This document shows, one piece after another, positions 34,508-42,039 of a stretch of DNA of 44,551 nucleotides (within the stretch, counting starts at the first letter, position 1; each line of letters begins with the position of its first letter). Source of the DNA: Candidatus Methylomirabilota bacterium (lineage in GTDB: Bacteria > Methylomirabilota > Methylomirabilia > Rokubacteriales > CSP1-6); the NCBI GenBank assembly GCA_035312605.1, contig DATGBR010000362.1:1-44551 (forward strand), given 5' to 3'. Below the pieces are notes generated by a model. That model made no database searches, was not told the DNA's origin, and was given only the letters and a program-made list of their open reading frames with translations. The position numbers were made by a program, and so were the translations under genes.

Positions 34508-35752
34508 GTGTGGATCTGGACCGAGCAGGGCAAGAAGCTGCTCGACGGCTTCGCGGGCCTCGCGGTGGTCAACGTGGGCCACGGCCGGCGCGAGATCGCG
34601 GAGGCCATCGCGGAGCAGACGGTGCGACTCGCCTACTACCCGACCACGCGGCAGTTCTCCAACCGGCCGGCGGCGGACCTGGCCGCGAAGCTCGCGACCC
34701 TCGCGCCGGGCGACCTGCGCTACACGATGTTCGCGGTGAGCGGGTCGGAGGCCAACGAGCGCTCGATGCAGATCGCGCGGCAGTACTGGCTGGCCGCCGG
34801 GAAGCCGGGCAAGCACAAGGTCATCTCTCTGCAGGGTGGCTATCACGGCGCCACGATGGGCACCTTCGCGGTCTGCGGGCTGCCCCACCTGGCCCAGCCC
34901 TATCAGCCGCTCGAGGTGCCGGGTTTCGCGAAGGTGGCGCCACCCCATCCGTTCCGGGATCTGGGGACCGGCACCGAGGCCGAGCTGATCGCGCGTCGCA
35001 CCGGCGAGCTGCGCGAGGCCATCCTGCGCGAAGGCCCGGACACGGTCTCCGCGGTGATCATGGAGCCGGTCCTCTCCTCGGGCGGCTTCATCATGCCGCC
35101 CATCGGATGGCTGCGCGCGGTGCGCGCGCTCTGCGACGAGCTGGACGTGCTGATGATCGCCGACGAGGTCATCACCGGCTTCGGGCGGACCGGCCGGTGG
35201 TTCGCGGTCGAGCACGAGCAGGTCGTGCCGGATCTCATGTCGGTGGCCAAGGGCATCACATCGGGCTACATCCCGCTCTCGGCCAGCATCGCGCGCGGGC
35301 GCCTCGCCGACGCGTTCTCCGACACCACCACCCAGGAGAACGTGCACCCCAACACCTACGCCGCGCACCCGGTGGCGTGCGCGGCCGCGCTGGCGAATCT
35401 GAAGATCATGGAGCAGGACCGGCTGGTCGAGAACGCGGCCAAGATGGGCACGCGGCTCCTGGATGGTCTCCGCGGCGCGGTTGGCAAGCACCCGATCGTG
35501 GGCGAGGTGCGAGGGCGCGGCCTGATGGTTTGCGTGGACTTCGTGCAGCCCGACGGCTCCGGCCGGCCGCTCGACGCCAAGCAGGTGGCCGAGCTCGACC
35601 GCAAGGCGTGGGACCGCGGGGCCATCATCTACGCGCGAGGCACCGTGCTCCGCCTCGCCCCGCCGCTCTGCATCACCCCCGCGGAGGTCGACGAGCTGGT
35701 GGCCATCGTCGCGGACTGCGTCGACTCCCTCCAGCGCGATATCACCCGTTGA
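34508..35752 (+). CDS. class III (omega-type) aminotransferase; N-terminus interrupted by an in-frame TAG (original start probably ATG 34406)
   Basis: The longest uninterrupted ORF starts at GTG 34508. It has ADEVITGFGRTG and the PLP-lysine block SVAKGITSGYIP. Upstream in the same frame: ATG 34406 (GGGAGA RBS) MTTDAQAIRHL-TAG(34439-34441)-THKTQDHPFLSDQELVIDRGEG, which is the usual N-terminal segment of this family. Confidence 0.85.
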   Translation: MWIWTEQGKKLLDGFAGLAVVNVGHGRREIAEAIAEQTVRLAYYPTTRQFSNRPAADLAAKLATLAPGDLRYTMFAVSGSEANERSMQIARQYWLAAGKPGKHKVISLQGGYHGATMGTFAVCGLPHLAQPYQPLEVPGFAKVAPPHPFRDLGTGTEAELIARRTGELREAILREGPDTVSAVIMEPVLSSGGFIMPPIGWLRAVRALCDELDVLMIADEVITGFGRTGRWFAVEHEQVVPDLMSVAKGITSGYIPLSASIARGRLADAFSDTTTQENVHPNTYAAHPVACAAALANLKIMEQDRLVENAAKMGTRLLDGLRGAVGKHPIVGEVRGRGLMVCVDFVQPDGSGRPLDAKQVAELDRKAWDRGAIIYARGTVLRLAPPLCITPAEVDELVAIVADCVDSLQRDITR

Positions 35753-35771
35753 TCAGGAGGCTGACGCCTTC

Positions 35772-37115
35772 TCAGGCGAGGAACTCGCGGGCGAGGGTCT
35801 CCCACATCATGGTGGAGAGCTTGAGGCTCTCGGTGTCCACGCGCTCGTTGTGGCCGTGGAACATCAGCGGGTAGTCGGTGTAGGGGATGCGGAGCGACTG
35901 CAGCCCGAAGCCGTAGGCGGGGACGCCCTGCCAGCGGAAGAACTTGGCGTCGGTGCCGCCGGTGGTCATCTTGGGCACCACGCGGCTTCCCGGCATCAGC
36001 CGCGAGGTCACCCGCTCCATCGCGGCCACCAGCGGGGTGTCGTGGCTGCTCAGCGAGCCCTGCTGGCCGCGGCCCTGCTTGATGGTCACCCGCGGGGCCA
36101 GGTCGCCGAGCGCCTCCCGCAACATCGCGTCCACGTCCTCGGTGGTCACCCCGGGCAGCGCGCGGATGTCCACGTCGATCTCGACGCGGTCCGGGATCAC
36201 GTTGGTCTTCACGCCGCCGTGGATGATGTTCGGCGAGAAGGTGGTGTGGGTGCAGGCGTGCGCCTCGCGGGCGAGGGCCAGGTTCTCCATGCCCGAGACT
36301 GTCTCCAGCACCCGCGTGGGATCGGTGAGGCCCGTGGTCAGCTCGGGGCCGAGGTCCATGGCCTTCACGTACTCACGCCACACGTCGAGGATGCGCGCCT
36401 TCGGCTGGTAGGCCGCGACGCGCCGCACGACCTCGGCCGCGGTCACCAGCGCGTTGTCGGTGCGGAAGGGGCGCGAGCCGTGGCCCGGCGTCCCCGCCAC
36501 TGTCAGGTGACGCCAGTTGGCGCCCTTCTCGCCGACGGTGACGCCCAGCACGTGACCGTCGCGGGTGGGAATGGGCACGCCACCGCTCTCGGTGATGACG
36601 TAGTCCGCCTTCACCATCTCGGGCCGCCGGTCGACGAGATAGCCCGCGCCCAGGTTGCCTCCCGCTTCCTCGTCCGCCACCGCCAGATAGATGAGGGTGC
36701 CGCGCGGGCGGAAGCCGTCCTTGGCGAGGCGCCGGGTGGCCACCGCCATGGTGGAGGTGAGGTTCAGTATGTCGATGGCGCCGCGGCCCCAGACCACTCC
36801 GTCCACCAGCTCGCCGCCGAAGGGATCGCGCTTCCAGCCGTCCGGGCTCACCGGCACCACGTCGGTGTGACCCATCAGGAGCAGCCGCGGGGCCTTGGGG
36901 TCGGACCCCTCGATGCGCGCGATGAGGCTCTCGCGCCCAGGCTCCGAGGTGTAGCGCTCGCAGGCCACGCCCGCGCCGTTGAAGTACGCCTCGAGCGCGG
37001 CCACGCTGCGCGTCTCCTGGCCGGAGGCGACCGTGCCGTCGTTGACGCAGCGGTTCCGGATCAGGGTGCGCAACAGGTCGGTGGCTTCCGCTTCGATGGT
37101 CTGCTCGTCTCGCAT
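35772..37115 (-). CDS. M20 family metallopeptidase (ArgE/DapE/ACY1/CPG2 type)
   Basis: 447 aa with GHTDVVP, ADEEAGG and HGHNERV. GAGGGAGA RBS, starting 10 nt after the nudC stop. Confidence 0.92.
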   Translation of the reverse strand: MRDEQTIEAEATDLLRTLIRNRCVNDGTVASGQETRSVAALEAYFNGAGVACERYTSEPGRESLIARIEGSDPKAPRLLLMGHTDVVPVSPDGWKRDPFGGELVDGVVWGRGAIDILNLTSTMAVATRRLAKDGFRPRGTLIYLAVADEEAGGNLGAGYLVDRRPEMVKADYVITESGGVPIPTRDGHVLGVTVGEKGANWRHLTVAGTPGHGSRPFRTDNALVTAAEVVRRVAAYQPKARILDVWREYVKAMDLGPELTTGLTDPTRVLETVSGMENLALAREAHACTHTTFSPNIIHGGVKTNVIPDRVEIDVDIRALPGVTTEDVDAMLREALGDLAPRVTIKQGRGQQGSLSSHDTPLVAAMERVTSRLMPGSRVVPKMTTGGTDAKFFRWQGVPAYGFGLQSLRIPYTDYPLMFHGHNERVDTESLKLSTMMWETLAREFLA

Positions 37116-37125
37116 GATCTCCCTC

Positions 37126-38004
37126 TTACATGCCGCCGTTGGCGGCGAAGTTGCGGATGATCCAGCCCGCGATGGAGTGCCGCGCGGGGCCGACCGGCAT
37201 CGCGTCGCTCGGGAACCAGCGTGCGTCCTCCAGCTCCTCGCGGTCGATGGTGATCTCGCCGCCCGCGTAGCTCGCCACGAAGCCGATCATGATCTGGCTC
37301 GGGAACGGCCAGTTCTGGCTCCCCACGTACTGGATGTCCTTGACGTCGACGCCCACTTCCTCCTTCACCTCGCGCGCCACGCAGCCCTCGAGCGACTCGC
37401 CGTTGTCGACGAAGCCGGCCACCAGCGCGTAGCGGCCCGGGGCCCAGATCGCCTTGCGCGCGAGCAGCACCCGGTTGCCGTCGCGCACCAGCACGATGAC
37501 CGCGGGGTGTAGGTGCGGGTAGTGCTCGTAGCGGCAGCCGTCACAGCGCTTGCCCCACTCCCCCCCGAGCCGGCCGGTGGGCGCGCCGCAGCGCGGGCAG
37601 TGCCCGCTGGTCGATTCCCAGTACAGGAGCTGCATGGCCATGCCGCCCACCGTGAGCAGATCGTCGGGCAGGCGCGTGCCCTGCATCGGCACGAGCGTCT
37701 CCGCGGTGAGCCCCTCCGGCACCGGCGCGTCCTTCCGGCGTCCGGCCACCCAGCACGGCGCGCCGCCCCACGTGCCGAGCCAGTGTCGCGGGCCGAGCCC
37801 CTCGAGCCCGCGCGGCGGGGCCTCCGGGCTCTCGCCCGCGGGCAGGCGGAACCCGTCGCCCTCCGGCACCACGAGGAGCTTCTGATCCTGGACCACGAGC
37901 CACCGTCCGACTCCGGCGGGCGGCCCGCCGGCCCGCTTGGCGGGTTCGAAGTCGCCACGCAGGCAATCCATGTTGAAGGGCAGGTAGACGGACAGCGGCG
38001 TCAT
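37126..38004 (-). CDS. nudC: NAD(+)/NADH diphosphatase NudC (Nudix hydrolase with zinc ribbon)
   Basis: Zinc ribbon CPRCGAPT..CDGC, Nudix box GFVDNGESLEGCVAREVKEEVGV, and the NudC signature SQNWPFPSQ. Confidence 0.9.
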   Translation of the reverse strand: MTPLSVYLPFNMDCLRGDFEPAKRAGGPPAGVGRWLVVQDQKLLVVPEGDGFRLPAGESPEAPPRGLEGLGPRHWLGTWGGAPCWVAGRRKDAPVPEGLTAETLVPMQGTRLPDDLLTVGGMAMQLLYWESTSGHCPRCGAPTGRLGGEWGKRCDGCRYEHYPHLHPAVIVLVRDGNRVLLARKAIWAPGRYALVAGFVDNGESLEGCVAREVKEEVGVDVKDIQYVGSQNWPFPSQIMIGFVASYAGGEITIDREELEDARWFPSDAMPVGPARHSIAGWIIRNFAANGGM

Positions 38005-38014
38005 CAGCGTGCCG

Positions 38015-38023
38015 AGTCTACCA
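38015..38023 (-). promoter_or_regulatory. extended -10 promoter candidate (TGgTAGACT) for nudC-M20
   Basis: The complement of 38015-38023 reads TGGTAGACT, the same 9-mer as upstream of trpS. It ends only 10 nt before ATG 38004, so the mRNA would be near-leaderless. Confidence 0.3.
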
Positions 38024-38113
38024 CGGGGAAAACGCGGTTGCGCTCCCGCGCCGGCTGGGCTACGACTAGCTCCTCATGAGCGACGTCTTCCACCCCGTGC
38101 TATCCTCCCCGCC

Positions 38114-38614
38114 GTGCCCGACCTCCTAGCGTCCCTCGCCGCCTCGGTCGCCGCGCGCCTGGTCGCGCGCCGCGAGACGGTGGCGGTCTCCGAGTCTTCG
38201 ACCGGCGGCCTCATCTCCGCCGCGCTGCTCTCGATCCCCGGCGCGTCCGCGTACTTCATGGGCGGCGGCGTCATCTACACCCAGACCGCGCGCCGCGGCC
38301 TGCTCCAGGTGTCCGACGACGCGATGCGCGGCATCCGCTCGAGCACCGAGGCCGCCGCGCTGCTGATGGCCCGCGCGGTGCGCGAGCGGCTCGGCACCAC
38401 GTGGGCCCTCGCCGAGACCGGGGCCGCGGGCCCGACCGGCAACCGCTACGGAGACGCGGCCGGACACTCCTGCTTCGCGGTGGTGGGCGCGGCGGAGACC
38501 GCCCGCACGCTCGAGACCGGGCGCGGCGACCGCGAGGCGAACATGTGGGCCTTCACCCGCGCCGCCCTCGAGCTCCTCGACGCCTGCATCCAGCAGGCCG
38601 GAGACAAATCATGA
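38114..38614 (+). CDS. CinA-family protein (nicotinamide-nucleotide amidohydrolase PncC-like domain)
   Basis: ..TVAVSESSTGGLISAALLSIPGASAYFMGGGVIYT.. matches the CinA C-terminal domain core. GTG 38114 was chosen from domain length (the track ORF begins at GTG 38009), so the start is uncertain. Confidence 0.78.
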   Translation: MPDLLASLAASVAARLVARRETVAVSESSTGGLISAALLSIPGASAYFMGGGVIYTQTARRGLLQVSDDAMRGIRSSTEAAALLMARAVRERLGTTWALAETGAAGPTGNRYGDAAGHSCFAVVGAAETARTLETGRGDREANMWAFTRAALELLDACIQQAGDKS

Positions 38615-39654
38615 GCGACAAGACGATCCGCGTCGGCTTCGTGGGAGCCGGCGCCAACACCCGCAAGCACCATCTCCCCAAGCTCAAGGCCCAGCCCGGC
38701 GTGGAGCTGGTAGCGGTCGCGAACCGATCGAAGGAGTCGGGCGATCGGGTCGCCCGCGAGTTCGGCATCGGCCGCGTGCACGACGACTGGCAGGAGATCG
38801 TGGAGGCGCCCGACATCGACGCGGTGTGCATCGGCACGTGGCCCTACATGCACAGCGTGATGAGCATCGCCGCGCTCGAGCGGGGCAAGCACGTGCTGTG
38901 CGAGGCGCGCATGGCCATGAACGCGGGCGAGGGCCGGCGCATGCTCGAGGCCTCGCGCAAGGCGCCGCACCTCATCGCCCAGCTCGTGCCCGCGCCCCAC
39001 ACCCTCGAGGTGGACGCGACCATCCAGACCCTGCTCGGCGAGGGCTTCGTCGGCGAGGTGCTCGCGATCGAGCTGCAGGCCTCGGGCGGCCGCTTCGTCG
39101 AGCCGGACGCGCCGCTCACCTGGCGGCAGGACATCGGGCTGAGCGGCCACAACATCCTCAACATGGGGATCTGGTACGAGGCGATGATGCGCTGGCTCGG
39201 CCCCGCCCAGCGGGTGACCGCGATGAGCAAGGTCGCGGTGCCCCGGCGCGGGGACGGCACCGGCGCTCCGCACGACGTGCGGGTGCCCGACCACGTGGAC
39301 ATCCTGGCCCAGCTCCGCGGCGGGGCGGTCGGTCACCTGCGGCTCAGCTCGGTGACCGGGCTGGCCCCGGCCTCCGAGGCCTGGATCTTCGGCCGCGAGG
39401 GCACCCTGCGACTCGAGGCCGACGCGCTCCGGCTCACCGGCGGCCGTCGCGGCGAGTCCGCCCTGCGCGAGATCCCGGTGCCGCCCAAGACCCGCATCGG
39501 GTGGCGGGTGGAGGAGGAGTTCGTCAACGCCATCCGGGGCCGCGAGAAGATCGCGCGCACGTCGTTCGAGGATGGGGTGCGCTACATGGAGTTCACGGAC
39601 GCGGTCACGCGCAGCGCCAGCACCGGCCAGACCATCGACGTCAAGGACCTCTAA
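38611..39654 (+). CDS. Gfo/Idh/MocA family oxidoreductase
   Basis: ATG at 38611 overlaps the upstream TGA (ATGA). N-terminal Rossmann motif IRVGFVGAGANTRKHHLPKL, and EARMA in the catalytic region. Confidence 0.9.
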   Translation: MSDKTIRVGFVGAGANTRKHHLPKLKAQPGVELVAVANRSKESGDRVAREFGIGRVHDDWQEIVEAPDIDAVCIGTWPYMHSVMSIAALERGKHVLCEARMAMNAGEGRRMLEASRKAPHLIAQLVPAPHTLEVDATIQTLLGEGFVGEVLAIELQASGGRFVEPDAPLTWRQDIGLSGHNILNMGIWYEAMMRWLGPAQRVTAMSKVAVPRRGDGTGAPHDVRVPDHVDILAQLRGGAVGHLRLSSVTGLAPASEAWIFGREGTLRLEADALRLTGGRRGESALREIPVPPKTRIGWRVEEEFVNAIRGREKIARTSFEDGVRYMEFTDAVTRSASTGQTIDVKDL

Positions 39655-39662
39655 CCACTTCC

Positions 39663-39685
39663 CCCTCTCCCCTCAGGGGAGAGGG
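39663..39685. terminator. bidirectional GC hairpin (REP-like) between convergent genes
   Basis: CCCTCTCCCC (39663-39672) pairs perfectly with GGGGAGAGGG (39676-39685) around a 3-nt loop, followed by the G-rich tail CAGGGTGAGGGGTGG. Confidence 0.5.
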
Positions 39686-39707
39686 CAGGGTGAGGGGTGG
39701 TTCGGGG

Positions 39708-41498
39708 CTACCCGAGCCGGTACCAGTACGCGATCCGGCCGAAGATCGAGTCCCACGAGTTGGGCTCGATCCCGGCCAGGCTGTTGGCGGCGGCGTGGAG
39801 CACGTTGCGCCACGTGACCGGGATCACCACCGCGCTCTGCACCACCATGTCGTTCATCTTGATGAAGAGCGCGGCCCGCTTGACGGGGTCCATCTCGTTC
39901 TCCGCCTTGCGCCACAGCCGATCGAAGTCCGCGCTGCGCCAGCGGGCGATGTTGCGGCCGTTCCACCCGTTCTCCTTCGTCGGGATCTCCCAGGAGGCGA
40001 ACTGGGCCATGAAGAGCTGGGGATCGAGGCCGGTGAACACGGTGTAGGTCTGGAGATCGGCGTGGAAGCGGACGTTGGTGTCCACGTTGCTCACGTCGGA
40101 CGCGAAGAACACGGAGGCCGGGATGGCCTTCACCTCCATCTCGATCCCGGCGCGGGCCGCTCCCTGCTTGATCACGGTCTGGATCTTCTGCACCGTGGAG
40201 TTGGCCGCGGCCTGAAACAGGAGGCGCAGGCGCCGGGTGTCCTTGGCTCGCACCCCGTCGGGGCCGCGGAGGTAGCCGGCCTGCTCCAGCACGTCGTTGG
40301 CCTTCTCGATGTTGAACTCCCAGGTGCTGTTGTGGGAGCGGAAGCGGTCCGGCGCGTTGAGGAAGTTGGCGGTGATCTGCCCCGTGCGGCCGACGAGGTG
40401 CTCCTGGATCGAGGTGCGGTCCACCGTCAGGCTCAGCGCGCTGCGCACCGGCTGCTCGGTCAGCACCGGGTGCGGCGCCTTGAGGCTCGACCACTCGCCG
40501 TCGACCTCGCGCCACGGATCGGTCTGGTTGCACTGGATGAAGCTCACCGCGCTGCTCGGGATCGTCATGACCCGGCCCTTGCCGCCCTGCTCGATCCGCC
40601 GGAGCACCTCCTCCTCGATCAGCACGTAGTACGCGAAGTCGTACTCGCCGGTCTGCAGCACCGCGCGCGCCGCGCCCACCGCGTCGCCGCCGCACTTGAT
40701 GTCGAGCCGGTCGAAGAACGGGCGATTCGCGACGTGGTAGCCCTTGTGGAGCTCGGCCCGGATCAGGTCGCCGGGCCGGAACTCGGTGAGCCGATAGGGC
40801 CCGGTGCCGACCGCGGGGATCATGCCGATCGCCTCGCGCGCGCCGGTGCCCTTGACCGGCTGGAAGATGTGACGCGGCAGCAGGCCCCCGCCGGTGAACG
40901 CGGAGGCCCAGTAGGGCTGCGGCTTCTTGAAGATCACCTTGATCGTGTACTGGTCGAGCCGCTCGATCCGGGTGATTTCCTCGTAGGAGGCGCGGGAGCC
41001 CGCCGCGGTCGCCGGGTCGAGGGCAAACTCCCAGTTGAAGATGACGTCGTCCGCGGTGAACGGGGCGCCGTCGTGCCACACCACGTTGCGCTTGAGCCGC
41101 CAGGTCACCCACTGGCCGTCCTTGGCGAGCGTATTGGCCTTGCGGCTCGGGATGTCCTCGGCCAGCACCGGCACCAGGGTGCCGTCGGGCGCGGCGGCGG
41201 CGAGCGGCTCGTAGAAGATGCGCTGGACCGTGAAGTCGCGCAGGCCCCGGCCGAAGTGCGGGTGCAGCAGGGTGGGGGCGTCCCACATCAGGATCCGGAG
41301 GGTGCCGCCGCCGCCGCGCCGGGTCGGCGTGAACTCTGCCTCGCGTGGCTGGGCGGTCGCGACTCCCGCCGCGCCCAGGAGGGACCGCGCCATCGGGGCG
41401 CCGAGCCCGACCGCGGCCACCGCCTGCACGAAGCTCCGCCGGGTGAGGCGGCCATCCTTCACACCCACGATCAGCTCGCGCAGCCTGTGCTCGTCCAT
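39708..41498 (-). CDS. ABC transporter substrate-binding protein, family 5, Tat-type signal
   Basis: ATG at 41498 (MDEHRLRELIVGVKDGRLTRRSFVQAVAAVGLGAPMARSLLGAAGVATAQ) with a GGAGG RBS. SBP_bac_5-like body. Confidence 0.88.
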   Translation of the reverse strand: MDEHRLRELIVGVKDGRLTRRSFVQAVAAVGLGAPMARSLLGAAGVATAQPREAEFTPTRRGGGGTLRILMWDAPTLLHPHFGRGLRDFTVQRIFYEPLAAAAPDGTLVPVLAEDIPSRKANTLAKDGQWVTWRLKRNVVWHDGAPFTADDVIFNWEFALDPATAAGSRASYEEITRIERLDQYTIKVIFKKPQPYWASAFTGGGLLPRHIFQPVKGTGAREAIGMIPAVGTGPYRLTEFRPGDLIRAELHKGYHVANRPFFDRLDIKCGGDAVGAARAVLQTGEYDFAYYVLIEEEVLRRIEQGGKGRVMTIPSSAVSFIQCNQTDPWREVDGEWSSLKAPHPVLTEQPVRSALSLTVDRTSIQEHLVGRTGQITANFLNAPDRFRSHNSTWEFNIEKANDVLEQAGYLRGPDGVRAKDTRRLRLLFQAAANSTVQKIQTVIKQGAARAGIEMEVKAIPASVFFASDVSNVDTNVRFHADLQTYTVFTGLDPQLFMAQFASWEIPTKENGWNGRNIARWRSADFDRLWRKAENEMDPVKRAALFIKMNDMVVQSAVVIPVTWRNVLHAAANSLAGIEPNSWDSIFGRIAYWYRLG

Positions 41499-41535
41499 GT
41501 GCCTCCGAGGGGTCCGCGTGGCAGAGGGTCCGACA

Positions 41536-41564
41536 GCGATAACGCAGGGACGGCTCGAAGTCAA
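41536..41564 (-). promoter_or_regulatory. sigma70-type promoter candidate for the family 5 SBP gene
   Basis: The minus strand reads TTGACT-N17-TATCGC (complement of 41559-41564 and 41536-41541). The -10 is weak. Confidence 0.25.
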
Positions 41565-41588
41565 GGGCGTCCGTCCGGGGCCGCGAGA

Positions 41589-41885
41589 CTAAGCCGCTCC
41601 GAGGAGCCGGAGCGACGCGGGCGCGCAGCTGACCTGCACCCGCCCGCCGCTCTCGAAGAGGCCGTGGCGGAGGGGGTCGTAGGAGACGGCCAGGAGCGAC
41701 GCCCCGTCCACCTCGGAGCGGGGCTCGACCGTTATCGCCGCGCGCCACCGCCGACCGGTGCTGCTCGCCGCCCGAGGGTCGTCGCCGGGCGCGCCCCAGA
41801 TGACGTCGACGCGCGGATTGTTCTTCTCCGCGGTGGTGGGGGCGATCAGCTCGCCGGTCGAGAGGCGAATAAAGTTGATCGGCAC
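41589..41885 (-). pseudogene. possible remnant of a family 1 solute-binding protein gene (or a small orphan ORF)
   Basis: The tail of the 41589..42425 ORF reads ..PINFIRLSTGELIAPTTAEKNNPRVDVIWGAPGD.., resembling the v..gsgel...l.aEk.nP.aDv.w block of Fe3+/polyamine-type SBPs. There is no signal peptide, no RBS, and no recognisable downstream domain. Confidence 0.2.
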
Positions 41886-41984
41886 AGCCGTCCAAGCTAG
41901 GACCGCGACTCCGGAGATTGCCGCCTGAGTTGTCGCGATGATTACACGAACGTTACGCAGTGCGCAGCGACGCCCTCGGAAAGC

Positions 41985-42013
41985 TTGGCGATAAATTCGT
42001 CGAACCGTAGACT
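41985..42013 (+). promoter_or_regulatory. sigma70-type promoter candidate for the beta-barrel protein gene
   Basis: TTGGCG (41985-41990)-N17-TAGACT (42008-42013), in the most A/T-rich patch of the window. The start would be near 42020. Confidence 0.4.
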
Positions 42014-42039
42014 CGATCTTGGAACAACGCACGGCCCGC

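Noticed and set aside
38826-41900. Very long ORFs on the opposite strand or in alternative frames of real genes. Examples: 38826..41900 (+, 1024 aa), 39673..41895 (-), 18442..20865 (+), 21281..23602 (+), 11892..13568 (-), 11981..13960 (+), 8329..9687 (-), 28595..30562 (-).
   Set aside because: Their translations are monotonous Arg/Ala/Gly/Pro/His-rich strings with no recognisable domains. They overlap frames with clear family signatures. Such stop-free shadow frames are expected at ~70 % GC.
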